A DNA stretch of 64,000 nt, from positions 32,001-96,000 of IMG/VR virus record IMGVR_UViG_3300037424_001372. One strand, written 5' to 3'. This document shows positions 6,765 to 15,718 of the stretch, one piece after another. Numbering within the stretch: the first letter of the stretch is position 1; each line of letters begins with the position of its first letter. A program made the translations under genes and the position numbers. The notes under the pieces were generated by a model. It did no database searches. It saw only the letters and a program-made list of their open reading frames with translations, and was not told the origin of the DNA. The DNA is from a virus (Duplodnaviria > Heunggongvirae > Uroviricota > Caudoviricetes).

Positions 6765-6893
6765 TTATCCCCAAGATTCTTCATGATTAACAATAGGATT
6801 CCCATTCACCATCCTTTGTGGATGTTGTGGTTGTTGGGGCTGATGCATTACTACTATTTCCATTGTTTCTTTTTTTAAAAATCGTTTCTTCAT
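6765..6893 (-). CDS. Leader peptide 2, 42 aa (MKKRFLKKETMEIVVMHQPQQPQHPQRMVNGNPIVNHEESWG)
   Basis: ATG..TAA ORF between promoter and terminator; GAATGGG complementary to terminator 5' arm. Confidence 0.85.
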   Translation of the reverse strand: MKKRFLKKETMEIVVMHQPQQPQHPQRMVNGNPIVNHEESWG

Positions 6894-6941
6894 TTTTTAA
6901 GTTTTAGATAAATTTATTACCCTTGACTTATAAATACGATG

Positions 6942-6972
6942 CAAATATACTAATTGCTATCATAATAGCAAA
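6942..6972 (-). promoter_or_regulatory. Bacteroidota-type housekeeping promoter
   Basis: TTTG-19 nt-TATATTTG. Confidence 0.75.
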
Positions 6973-7153
6973 TTTTTTTAAAAAATTATTTATTATTTAA
7001 CACATTGTATTTATCTGGCTCAAATGTTTGTCAAAATCAATATTTTATATTCTTCTTACTGGCATGACAATTATATTACATTCAATAACTAAAAATATTT
7101 TGGAATTATTGTAATAAAGAATAAGAAATTACATTTCAAACTTTTATGTTGAT

Positions 7154-7345
7154 TCATGTATTGATTCTACTTTTTAAATCGTTAATATATTCTTCAGCTT
7201 CTCTAGCTAATCTGGCATCAACATTCCATAGTGTTTCTAACCATGCAGGTTCATTATTTTCAACGAATATTTCTTCATTTATTGTCATACTGCCTACTTT
7301 ATGCATCATTTCAAAAAGCATTTTTTTATTATTAATAGATTTCAT
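7154..7345 (-). CDS. Hypothetical protein, possibly truncated
   Basis: N-terminus NKKMLFEMM resembles SKQRLFEVM of ORF 10430. Confidence 0.5.
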   Translation of the reverse strand: MKSINNKKMLFEMMHKVGSMTINEEIFVENNEPAWLETLWNVDARLAREAEEYINDLKSRINT

Positions 7346-7435
7346 ATTTAATAATTAATTTTTCCAATATTATTTTTATATTAAATTTTGTATTACATTC
7401 TCTATAATTGTTTGGACTTTATTTCTCTACTCGTT

Positions 7436-8023
7436 TTAGCAATATGAAATATTACGAATATTATCTTTCATTTCACTTGTTCTAATTGGAAGGCTTTCAG
7501 ATTCAATATAATTTTGAATAAAATGACGAATGAGCAATGTTTGAATTCTTGATGGAGCATTATCAAATGCAATAAATTTAATTTCATCACCTTCCATGTT
7601 CCACATACTTACAAAAATATCATTCCATTCAAACGAATCGAACCATTTATCTGTTTGAGGTTCATTGTGATAATTACCAACATCTTCTTTACCATCAACA
7701 TTAGCATATATATTATCGCCTTTAAAAAGTATGTTAAATTTTACAGGTTCTTTTGTCGAATCATATAAATAAGCAATATCGATGGCATATTCTAAAGATA
7801 TATTATTGTTATCACCAATTTCCCAATTACCTGAAACATATGATTCTGTTTTTTTTAGAACTTTAACATTATTTTTATTCAAAAGTGAATCACAAATAAA
7901 TTGTTTTTGCAAATCTTCATTTAACAACAATTCATTAGCTTCTTGTTCTTTAAGAAATCTATCGTTACTAAGAAAATCAAATTTAGATACTTCTTCTTTA
8001 ACTATTTTAAGTATGTTTATCAT
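7436..8023 (-). CDS. Hypothetical protein
   Basis: 195-aa ORF with upstream GTATTTAT motif. Confidence 0.7.
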   Translation of the reverse strand: MINILKIVKEEVSKFDFLSNDRFLKEQEANELLLNEDLQKQFICDSLLNKNNVKVLKKTESYVSGNWEIGDNNNISLEYAIDIAYLYDSTKEPVKFNILFKGDNIYANVDGKEDVGNYHNEPQTDKWFDSFEWNDIFVSMWNMEGDEIKFIAFDNAPSRIQTLLIRHFIQNYIESESLPIRTSEMKDNIRNISYC

Positions 8024-8085
8024 AAATTTAAATAAGAATTTCGATCATAAATACTATTAAAAAAGTATTGTAAATAATAATATAA

Positions 8086-8289
8086 TCACCATTTACCTAA
8101 ATAACATACAGATTTAAGACTTCTTACTTTTGCGGGCATAAAGCATCCACACAATGCACATGTATTAGTCTTAGTTAATTTAGGACACTCGACACATATT
8201 GTAATACGTTTTTTTGCAGTTTCCTCTACTTCAGGACTTGGAAATGTGTAATTTTTCCAACCATTATATATTTCATTTAATTTGCTCAT
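8086..8289 (-). CDS. Small Cys-rich Zn-binding protein
   Basis: CVECP...CALCGC...CYLGKW. Confidence 0.7.
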   Translation of the reverse strand: MSKLNEIYNGWKNYTFPSPEVEETAKKRITICVECPKLTKTNTCALCGCFMPAKVRSLKSVCYLGKW

Positions 8290-8476
8290 ATATTTTTAAA
8301 CTTTTTACTTAAGATCGTAAGTCGTCAATTTGTTGACCTGAATCATTAAGAATTAATTTTTGTTGTTCATCATACGGATAATTTTTAATAAAATCAACAT
8401 TAACAGGAAAAAAACTTCCATTTAATATGATTATTATTAGCATTATCGTCATTTTTTTTCAAAAATATTATTCATG

Positions 8477-10357
8477 TTATCTATAAATTATTCTTCCTCC
8501 TTTAGAAACCTTAATATTCTTATTAAGATCATTCCTACTTTCAATAATTGCATTATGCAATATTTCTGATGAATTTAATGCTTTATCATATAGTCTAAGT
8601 TTTTGAATTCCTCCAATAAAATTAGAATCAAAATTTTGTTCAATCAATAAACCAGATTTACTTTCGTCCCGAACTAAAATATCTGATGCAACATATTCAA
8701 AATCTTTAACATAAATAGTACCTCCACTAATAAGTTCATCATCAGTTTCAATCAATAATCCCAAAAATACGTAATTTTGACCAGAATTATCAGGCGTTCT
8801 AAATATATTATTTAATGTAATCCAATTTTGTTCACCAGTCAATATTGAACCAGTTAACAGATAATTATATTCAATATCGTTAACTATGTTAATATCAACA
8901 TCGTCCGAATAAACAATAAGACAGATTTCATTATTTGTTTCAGAATTAAATAAACCATCCACATATATTGAAGTACTGCCAGTATAATCTCTATTACTTA
9001 TCACTGAAATTGGTTGATTAAATTTAATAAAAAATGAATTTCCTGTTGTTCCAGTATATTCAATACTCATAACAGTTAAAGGTATTTCAACATCAGGATT
9101 ACAATTATTATTAGTATGAAATTTAGTATCATTAACACTTAATAACAAACCATCAATAGTAGTATCACCAGTTAATGGTATGTAACAATCTGTTGGAATT
9201 GGATTAACATTGACAGAAAAATAATTGTTAACATATAAATCATCTTGACCATTATAAATAACATATGTTTGATAATCATAGTGATAAGAATGTTTTAAAC
9301 CAAAACTACCACCGCCCCAGCTAATTGAAAACGGTTCACCGATTTGTTTTTCTCTATCATTATTAAATAATTTAAAATAAAATTCTGGAAATTCTTTTAC
9401 CATCCAAACTGCTCTACCATTAACATAGAATATTAATTTACCTGTTCTACGTTCAGCACATTCTAATAATGATTTATCTGATATAATTTCATCAGGGGTA
9501 TATGTAATATTGATGAGAGTCCAACCAGTTAAAGGTATTACATTTATTGATGAACAATTGGTTATTATAATGCCGTTATCATCGATATATTTATAACCAA
9601 TTTTTTTATCTTCAGTAATTTCAAAAGCAATTACATTATTTTTTATATTGGTAATTGGTGTTGCTTCTTTATATTGAGTTTTATACATGTTTGATTCAGG
9701 AGAACTAAATCCTAAATTTAATGATTCATAAGCCTCTAAAGCATTTAAATAATTATTTTCGCTAGTGTCAACACCACCAGAAATTTCATTATTGATAATA
9801 AATGTTTCACCACTAAAATATGTATTATACTTATCTTCAGAACGAGCACCCATCATATAAAATATACCTTGTGATTCAGGAACTAAGTTTATAAGAGTTT
9901 CGATAGTAATACCATTATTATATCTCGAAGGAAATAATTCATAATCATATTTATCGAGTTTAAAAAATCCTTGTAAATATCCACCATTTAAATCAAAATA
10001 ATTACCAGTATTACCCGTAGTTACAGCAGACATTGATAAATATTCTGTAGTGGCAGTTACGCCACTATAATCATAAATTGTTGGGTTAATAACATTATTA
10101 TATCCAATTCGATACATTGAAAATAAATTATCTTTTGGGGTCAATGTAATTCCACTCCACATAATATTAGTCCTACCATTATCAAATTCAGTTAAACCAA
10201 AATCATGTAAATTAATATTGTCTGTAATAGCTCCCGACCATTTAGTTAAACTTAACGCTGTTAAACCAGTATTTAAATCCCATGATTTTAAATTTGTTAG
10301 GTCGATCTGTATTGCTAAATTTTGTGTGATAATATCATTTAAACATTCTAAACTCAT
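8477..10357 (-). CDS. Probable virion structural protein with LamG/ConA-like beta domain
   Basis: WTLINITY, LIFYVNG, FIGGIQKLRLYDKALNSSEI; T/G-rich. Confidence 0.6.
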   Translation of the reverse strand: MSLECLNDIITQNLAIQIDLTNLKSWDLNTGLTALSLTKWSGAITDNINLHDFGLTEFDNGRTNIMWSGITLTPKDNLFSMYRIGYNNVINPTIYDYSGVTATTEYLSMSAVTTGNTGNYFDLNGGYLQGFFKLDKYDYELFPSRYNNGITIETLINLVPESQGIFYMMGARSEDKYNTYFSGETFIINNEISGGVDTSENNYLNALEAYESLNLGFSSPESNMYKTQYKEATPITNIKNNVIAFEITEDKKIGYKYIDDNGIIITNCSSINVIPLTGWTLINITYTPDEIISDKSLLECAERRTGKLIFYVNGRAVWMVKEFPEFYFKLFNNDREKQIGEPFSISWGGGSFGLKHSYHYDYQTYVIYNGQDDLYVNNYFSVNVNPIPTDCYIPLTGDTTIDGLLLSVNDTKFHTNNNCNPDVEIPLTVMSIEYTGTTGNSFFIKFNQPISVISNRDYTGSTSIYVDGLFNSETNNEICLIVYSDDVDINIVNDIEYNYLLTGSILTGEQNWITLNNIFRTPDNSGQNYVFLGLLIETDDELISGGTIYVKDFEYVASDILVRDESKSGLLIEQNFDSNFIGGIQKLRLYDKALNSSEILHNAIIESRNDLNKNIKVSKGGRIIYR

Positions 10358-10429
10358 TTTATATAAGAATTTAATAATAAATACTAAAGCTAAATAAATA
10401 TCATTTAGTATTTATGTGAAAATTAAATT

Positions 10430-10789
10430 ATGAAAACAAATAGTAAACAAAGACTTTTTGAAGTTATGGGTAGATTAGATAAAACATTTAAAACAAAATT
10501 AAATGAAGAATTTGAATCAGAAGTAGAAGAAATTGAAACAACTAATGATGCTATGATAACTCCTGAAGCAAATGAACCTAAAGAACTTAGTACTGATGAA
10601 AAACTTGCGGCATTAACTGCAAAAATTGATAGTTTATATGCTATGGTTCATGGTGATGAAAATGGTGAAGAAGAAGCAGAAGAAAAAGAAGAAAATATTG
10701 AAGGAGAATCTTCTGAAGATGAAATTGAAATTTCTGAAGTAAAGAAACCAAAAATTCCTGTTGCAAATATTGCTAAAGTCGGAAAATAA
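10430..10789 (+). CDS. Acidic hypothetical protein, probable internal head protein
   Basis: E-rich; LNE motif; upstream GTATTTAT. Confidence 0.6.
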   Translation: MKTNSKQRLFEVMGRLDKTFKTKLNEEFESEVEEIETTNDAMITPEANEPKELSTDEKLAALTAKIDSLYAMVHGDENGEEEAEEKEENIEGESSEDEIEISEVKKPKIPVANIAKVGK

Positions 10790-10807
10790 TTTTTCAATTA
10801 AACATGA

Positions 10808-11621
10808 TATGAACGAAATTAAGAAAAATCCAAGATATTGGTCAAGTAAATATTGGAGAACACATAATATTTCAGATGTTTTGAAAGAAACTATTGAGCC
10901 GAATAATGTTGATGTATCATCAATTCAATTACATGATACGTTAAATCCTCTTATATGGGAATCAGATGACATAATTAAATCTGATATTAGAAAAATATTA
11001 TTATTAAATGCCAAAAGATTTATTGAATTTTCTGGTGTTGGGAATTTAAAGTTCAAAGATGTTATTTTAACTGGTAGTCTTGCTAATTATAATTATAATG
11101 AAAATTCTGATTTAGATGTTCATATTATTCTTGATTTCAATCAAATATCAAGCAATAAAGATTTCATAGGCGATTATTTTAAATTAAAAAAACAATTGTG
11201 GTCGGAAGAATTACCGATACAAGTTAAAGGATATGATGTTGAAACATATTTTCAAGATAGTTCTGAGCCACATCATTCATCAGGGACTTATTCGTTAGTA
11301 AAAAATGAATGGTTGAAAAAACCAACAAAAAAAATCATTAATATCAATACAGCAAATATTCAATTAAAATCTGCTGACATTATGAATACCATCGATGATT
11401 TAGAATCAAATCAAAACGAAAAAAACTTCTTGAGAAAACATGATGAATTAAAGAAAAAAATAAAAAAATATAGACAATCTGGCTTAGATAAAAATGGCGA
11501 ATTTTCTGTAGAAAATTTAGTATTTAAAGTTCTTCGAAATACTGGTTATTTAGAGAAAATGGTAAAAATGAAAAATAATTATTTAAGCAAAGAACTAAGT
11601 CTCAATGAGTTCATTAATTAG
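10808..11621 (+). CDS. Pol-beta superfamily nucleotidyltransferase
   Basis: LTGSLANYNY...SDLDVH (GS..DxD) motif; likely start MNEIKK at 10808. Confidence 0.75.
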
Positions 11622-11624
11622 GTT

Positions 11625-11876
11625 ATGAAAAAAACATTTATTGTTCGAAAAAAACAACTAAAAGAATATCTCGAAAGAAAAAAATCAGATAAAATCTTTT
11701 ATAATATAATGGAATCTTTACATTATAATATAAAATTTCTTAATGAAAATGTGTCTCATTTAAATGCAAATCAATCTGTAATAGATGATTATAAAAGAAA
11801 AAATCTAATAACCCCAATTGTTTATAAAATGCTGATAAGAAATAAAATCATTGATGAAAATTATGAAATTATTTAA
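11625..11876 (+). CDS. Hypothetical protein
   Basis: 83-aa ORF in operon. Confidence 0.55.
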   Translation: MKKTFIVRKKQLKEYLERKKSDKIFYNIMESLHYNIKFLNENVSHLNANQSVIDDYKRKNLITPIVYKMLIRNKIIDENYEII

Positions 11877-11953
11877 GATAATCATTTTTTTAATTAAAAT
11901 TAAGTATTTATAAAAAAATATAAACAAATAATTCGGAATAAAAATATCTTGAA

Positions 11954-14539
11954 ATGAAAAAAAACATATCGGAAGAAGCACTATATGCAAGAATGAGAAA
12001 TCTTGCCAACATTGGTCACGTTTCAATAAAAGAATCTCATACTCGTAATATAGGCACTTTAATAGATTACAAGAGAGCAATTAATGGTGTTGCATATGGT
12101 ATTATTAAGGAAAATCACCACTATTATATTAAAAAGGGTGGTATAAATGAAAGTTTATCTGCAGCAGATTTTACTTATATTGGTGGTTTATCAAATATCA
12201 CAGAATATCAATATAGTAAATTATCTGAAGCAGAAAAACAACTTCCATTAGTATTACAAACAATTTCAGAAGGTTATGCGACTAAAATATCTAAAAACGG
12301 TGGTAAATTAAATGAAGATGCCGCTGGTGAAGAAATTGATATGGCTACCGATAAATTATCTGATTTAGATACTGCTACCGATGCAGCAAACGCATCAACA
12401 ATAGAACCTGAAGGTGATGATGAAATGAATGCTGGTCTCGATGCCATGCCTACGGATGATACTGCTCCCGAAGAGGATATCGATTTACCTGTTGGTGATG
12501 AAGAAATTAGTGTTGATAATGAAGAAGCTCCTGAAGGCGATGTTAATTTACCTGATGATAATCAAGAGAGTGATGTAAATAAAGAAATTGAAAAAAATTT
12601 AGGTAAATTAACAAACACTTTAAGAAAAACAGAATTAACCGATTCACAAACAAAATCATATGTAAACACATTTCTTTCGGCATTTAAAGATAAATTTCCT
12701 GATATTGAGATTGAGGATAGAAAGAAAATGGCTGAAAAAATTACTAAAGTAGTACCACCAGAAGATATTGAAGATTTAGGTACTAATGTTGAAGATACTG
12801 AAAGTACTCCAGTAGAAGAAGGCGAATGTTCAGAATGTGGTGGTTTTGCACAATATGCTGAATCTCGTGGATATAATGGTCAATCAATTCAAGAATGTGA
12901 TGATGAAGAAATGACTAATTTAATTAGTGGTTATGCCAATTCTAAAGAAGATGATGATAATGAAATTGGTGAACATGATTTTAAAGCTATTGCATTATTC
13001 ATAACACCAGAAATCATCGAAAAATTAAAAGGTGATTATGGTCACGATGATTTAGCAAATAATGTACAACCTTTTTCAACAGAAATGAATGAAGAAGATA
13101 AAAGTATGCAAATTGCCGAACTTTTTGGTGGATTGAAGAATGCCTTTAATAAAGTTGGTAGTGATGTTAAAAATGTTGCTCAAAAAGGTGCGCAAGCAGT
13201 TAATCAATATGCACAAGGAGTTAAACAATCATATCATGCCGGTGAAGTTCCTGCTGAAGTTAAAAAACTTGAAGGCATTGCTGCCAATTTGGGCCAACAA
13301 ATTAACTCATTGAATCAAAGATTACAAAAAGCTGGTAAACAACCAGTTAATACTAGTAGTATTTTAACAACAATAAAAAATCAGATTGTCGCAGGTAAAA
13401 CCGCAAATATTGGTAAATATGCTAATGAGGGTGAAATGCCAATTGATAACACTCAAGTTCAATCGGTGGAAGAAGATGTTAATATCGATTCATTTAATGT
13501 TGATGACGAAGAAGGTAGTACTGAAGAGACGCCTAATATTTCAGGAGGTTTTCAATCATTAGGTGGTGGGGTTGTTAAACCTGATGGTGCTCAAACAACA
13601 ACTGTTGAAGTAACTAAAGGTGCTGTTAATGTAACAATGAATGAAAGTGAAATTAAACTTAGAAAATACATTCACAATAGACTTAAAGAACATGCTGGTA
13701 TTAGAAAACCAAGTTTAAACGAGGTCGCAAAATCAAGCACATTAAAAAAACTTGATAAAATGATTGATGAACAATTTAAGAATCATAAACCTAATGTTGA
13801 TGAAGGTTTAGGTGATTTTTTAGGTAAGGTTGGTAGAAATATTGGTTCAACTATGGGTATTGATGCAGCAATTCAACCCAAAATAAAAGCAGATTTACCG
13901 AAATATATTCAAAGTAATGATTTAAATGGAATCGATAAATTGTTTAAGACGGCATTTCCTTCAATAAGCGGTGCCGTGAAACAAAGGATACCAAATATGA
14001 GCGTAAATCAAAAAGCTAATTTATTGAATCAAGCAGCAAACGACCCAGATGGCATTGGTAATGTTGGAATTAAGCGAAGTGAGGTTGGTTTTGAGCCCAT
14101 ATATATTCCAGCAAATAAAGCAGGATTATCTGCTGGTTATCAAGTAGCTGAACAGTTTCCTAAAGTAGATGAAGGTTTAGGTGATATGATTAATAAGATG
14201 GGTAGAAATATTGGTTCTAGTATGGGTCTTGATGTCGCCATTCAACCCAAAATAAAAGCAGATTTACCGAAATATGTTCAAAATAATGATTTAAACGGAA
14301 TCGATAAATTGTTTAAAACAGCATTCCCTTCAATAAGTGGCGGTGTGAAACAAAGAATTGCAAATATAAGTGGAAGTCAAAAAGTTGGTTTATTAAATCA
14401 AGCAGCAAATGATCCCGATGGTATTGGTAATGTTGGAGTTAAACGAAGCGAGGTTGGTTTTGAGCCAACATATATTCCGGCAAATAAAGCAGGATTATCT
14501 GCTGGTTATCAAGTAGCTGAACGAAAAAATAATGTATAA
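11954..14539 (+). CDS. Large acidic protein, probable protease-processed internal head protein, C-terminal duplication
   Basis: Many L/I/V/M-x-E motifs; acidic low-complexity tracts; 123-aa tandem repeat. Confidence 0.6.
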   Translation: MKKNISEEALYARMRNLANIGHVSIKESHTRNIGTLIDYKRAINGVAYGIIKENHHYYIKKGGINESLSAADFTYIGGLSNITEYQYSKLSEAEKQLPLVLQTISEGYATKISKNGGKLNEDAAGEEIDMATDKLSDLDTATDAANASTIEPEGDDEMNAGLDAMPTDDTAPEEDIDLPVGDEEISVDNEEAPEGDVNLPDDNQESDVNKEIEKNLGKLTNTLRKTELTDSQTKSYVNTFLSAFKDKFPDIEIEDRKKMAEKITKVVPPEDIEDLGTNVEDTESTPVEEGECSECGGFAQYAESRGYNGQSIQECDDEEMTNLISGYANSKEDDDNEIGEHDFKAIALFITPEIIEKLKGDYGHDDLANNVQPFSTEMNEEDKSMQIAELFGGLKNAFNKVGSDVKNVAQKGAQAVNQYAQGVKQSYHAGEVPAEVKKLEGIAANLGQQINSLNQRLQKAGKQPVNTSSILTTIKNQIVAGKTANIGKYANEGEMPIDNTQVQSVEEDVNIDSFNVDDEEGSTEETPNISGGFQSLGGGVVKPDGAQTTTVEVTKGAVNVTMNESEIKLRKYIHNRLKEHAGIRKPSLNEVAKSSTLKKLDKMIDEQFKNHKPNVDEGLGDFLGKVGRNIGSTMGIDAAIQPKIKADLPKYIQSNDLNGIDKLFKTAFPSISGAVKQRIPNMSVNQKANLLNQAANDPDGIGNVGIKRSEVGFEPIYIPANKAGLSAGYQVAEQFPKVDEGLGDMINKMGRNIGSSMGLDVAIQPKIKADLPKYVQNNDLNGIDKLFKTAFPSISGGVKQRIANISGSQKVGLLNQAANDPDGIGNVGVKRSEVGFEPTYIPANKAGLSAGYQVAERKNNV
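13796..14522 (+). repeat. 369-bp in-frame tandem duplication
   Basis: Units start at 13796 and 14165 (VDEGLGD...AGLSAGYQVAE). Confidence 0.9.
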
Positions 14540-14550
14540 TAAATGACAAT

Positions 14551-14580
14551 AAAAAAACCTGAAGGAATTCAGGTTTTTTT
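14551..14580 (+). terminator. Intrinsic terminator, probably bidirectional
   Basis: AAAAAAACCTGAA-GGAA-TTCAGGTTTTTTT. Confidence 0.85.
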
Positions 14581-14635
14581 ATATTGTAACTAATTTTAAA
14601 ATTTTTCGTATTATCAATGAACAAACATTGATTTT

Positions 14636-15031
14636 ATGAAGAAGTATAATAAAATATTTGATGGTTATAAATTATTTTATAACCCAAAACTAAGTAAAGA
14701 GTTTAAGAGAATTTCAACATTAGATGAATATTTTTCAGATTTAAATAAGACTCGAAATAAATGTGTTATTGAATATAATGATAAAATTCATGTCACATTA
14801 AGCAGGAAATTAATTTCAGAAAAAATTTCAATTATTCTATTATTATTCTCATTACTTTTATTTCAATATAATCAAACATCATTCACAATATTAATAATAA
14901 CATCATTAATATCGATATTATTATCATTCCACTGGAATAATTCATTAAAATTATACATTAAATCGTTTAATATGTGTATAACGATCATCAATATGGATAT
15001 TGAAGAATATGGACAAAAAAACTTCAAATAA
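14636..15031 (+). CDS. Hypothetical membrane protein
   Basis: Two hydrophobic segments. Confidence 0.55.
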   Translation: MKKYNKIFDGYKLFYNPKLSKEFKRISTLDEYFSDLNKTRNKCVIEYNDKIHVTLSRKLISEKISIILLLFSLLLFQYNQTSFTILIITSLISILLSFHWNNSLKLYIKSFNMCITIINMDIEEYGQKNFK

Positions 15032-15065
15032 CAATATTTTCAAGTATTTATTATAAACTATAATT

Positions 15066-15542
15066 ATGTCTTACGATGAAAAGAAATTAAAATTAATCTA
15101 TGTTTTAAAAATAGGTTATAACACTAAAGACGAAGGATTATATGAATTTATTTTTTCATTAGACCATACTAATATTGATGTAGAAGGATGGTGTTGGGAT
15201 TTATCTCCGGCATGTGATAACGCATTGCCTCCAACAAAAGATTATTATAATACCATAATTAATTTAAAAACAAGCTCATTTGACTTGTTTTGTTTACATG
15301 AAGCGGTTGATAGAGAATATATGCATGGTTACCACACAATACATGCATTGGCTTTTGAAACTGAAAGGAATTCGGGAAATAATGGTTTTAATGATTATGA
15401 TAAAATGTTTGGTGATGAAGATAAACCATTATTGGTATTTCATTATGGAATGTCATTAGAAAAAATTAGAGAAATGTTAAATGATAGAAATATTATTTTA
15501 AAAAATAATGAATTTATTGAAGCATCTTCGGTTGAATTTTAA
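15066..15542 (+). CDS. Hypothetical protein upstream of terminase
   Basis: 158-aa ORF with upstream GTATTTAT. Confidence 0.7.
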   Translation: MSYDEKKLKLIYVLKIGYNTKDEGLYEFIFSLDHTNIDVEGWCWDLSPACDNALPPTKDYYNTIINLKTSSFDLFCLHEAVDREYMHGYHTIHALAFETERNSGNNGFNDYDKMFGDEDKPLLVFHYGMSLEKIREMLNDRNIILKNNEFIEASSVEF

Positions 15543-15576
15543 TAAAAAGTTGATTGTCATGAGGTAAAACTGTTAA

Positions 15577-15671
15577 GAAAACGTAGTGATGCGTTTTCAG
15601 CACTTAAGGTTCATCTTACCGTTCGGAAGAAGGAAATCGAAGCACGCAACGTCTGGAAATGTTGTGTGCTT
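15577..15671 (+). ncRNA. Candidate structured RNA upstream of terminase
   Basis: Three hairpins; GTGA (GNRA) tetraloop; G-U pairs that favour the + strand. Confidence 0.45.
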
Positions 15672-15718
15672 TGCTATTTTAATATTATTATAAGTATTTA
15701 TGAAAAAAAATACTTATA

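Noticed and set aside
10808-11621. Nucleotidyltransferase as the CCA-adding enzyme for the CCA-less tRNAs
   Set aside because: No class II CCA motifs visible and it lies in a virion gene context; not supportable.
13796-14522. Duplication as a DGR template/variable repeat pair
   Set aside because: Both copies are in frame in one ORF, differences are not adenine-specific, and no reverse transcriptase is present.
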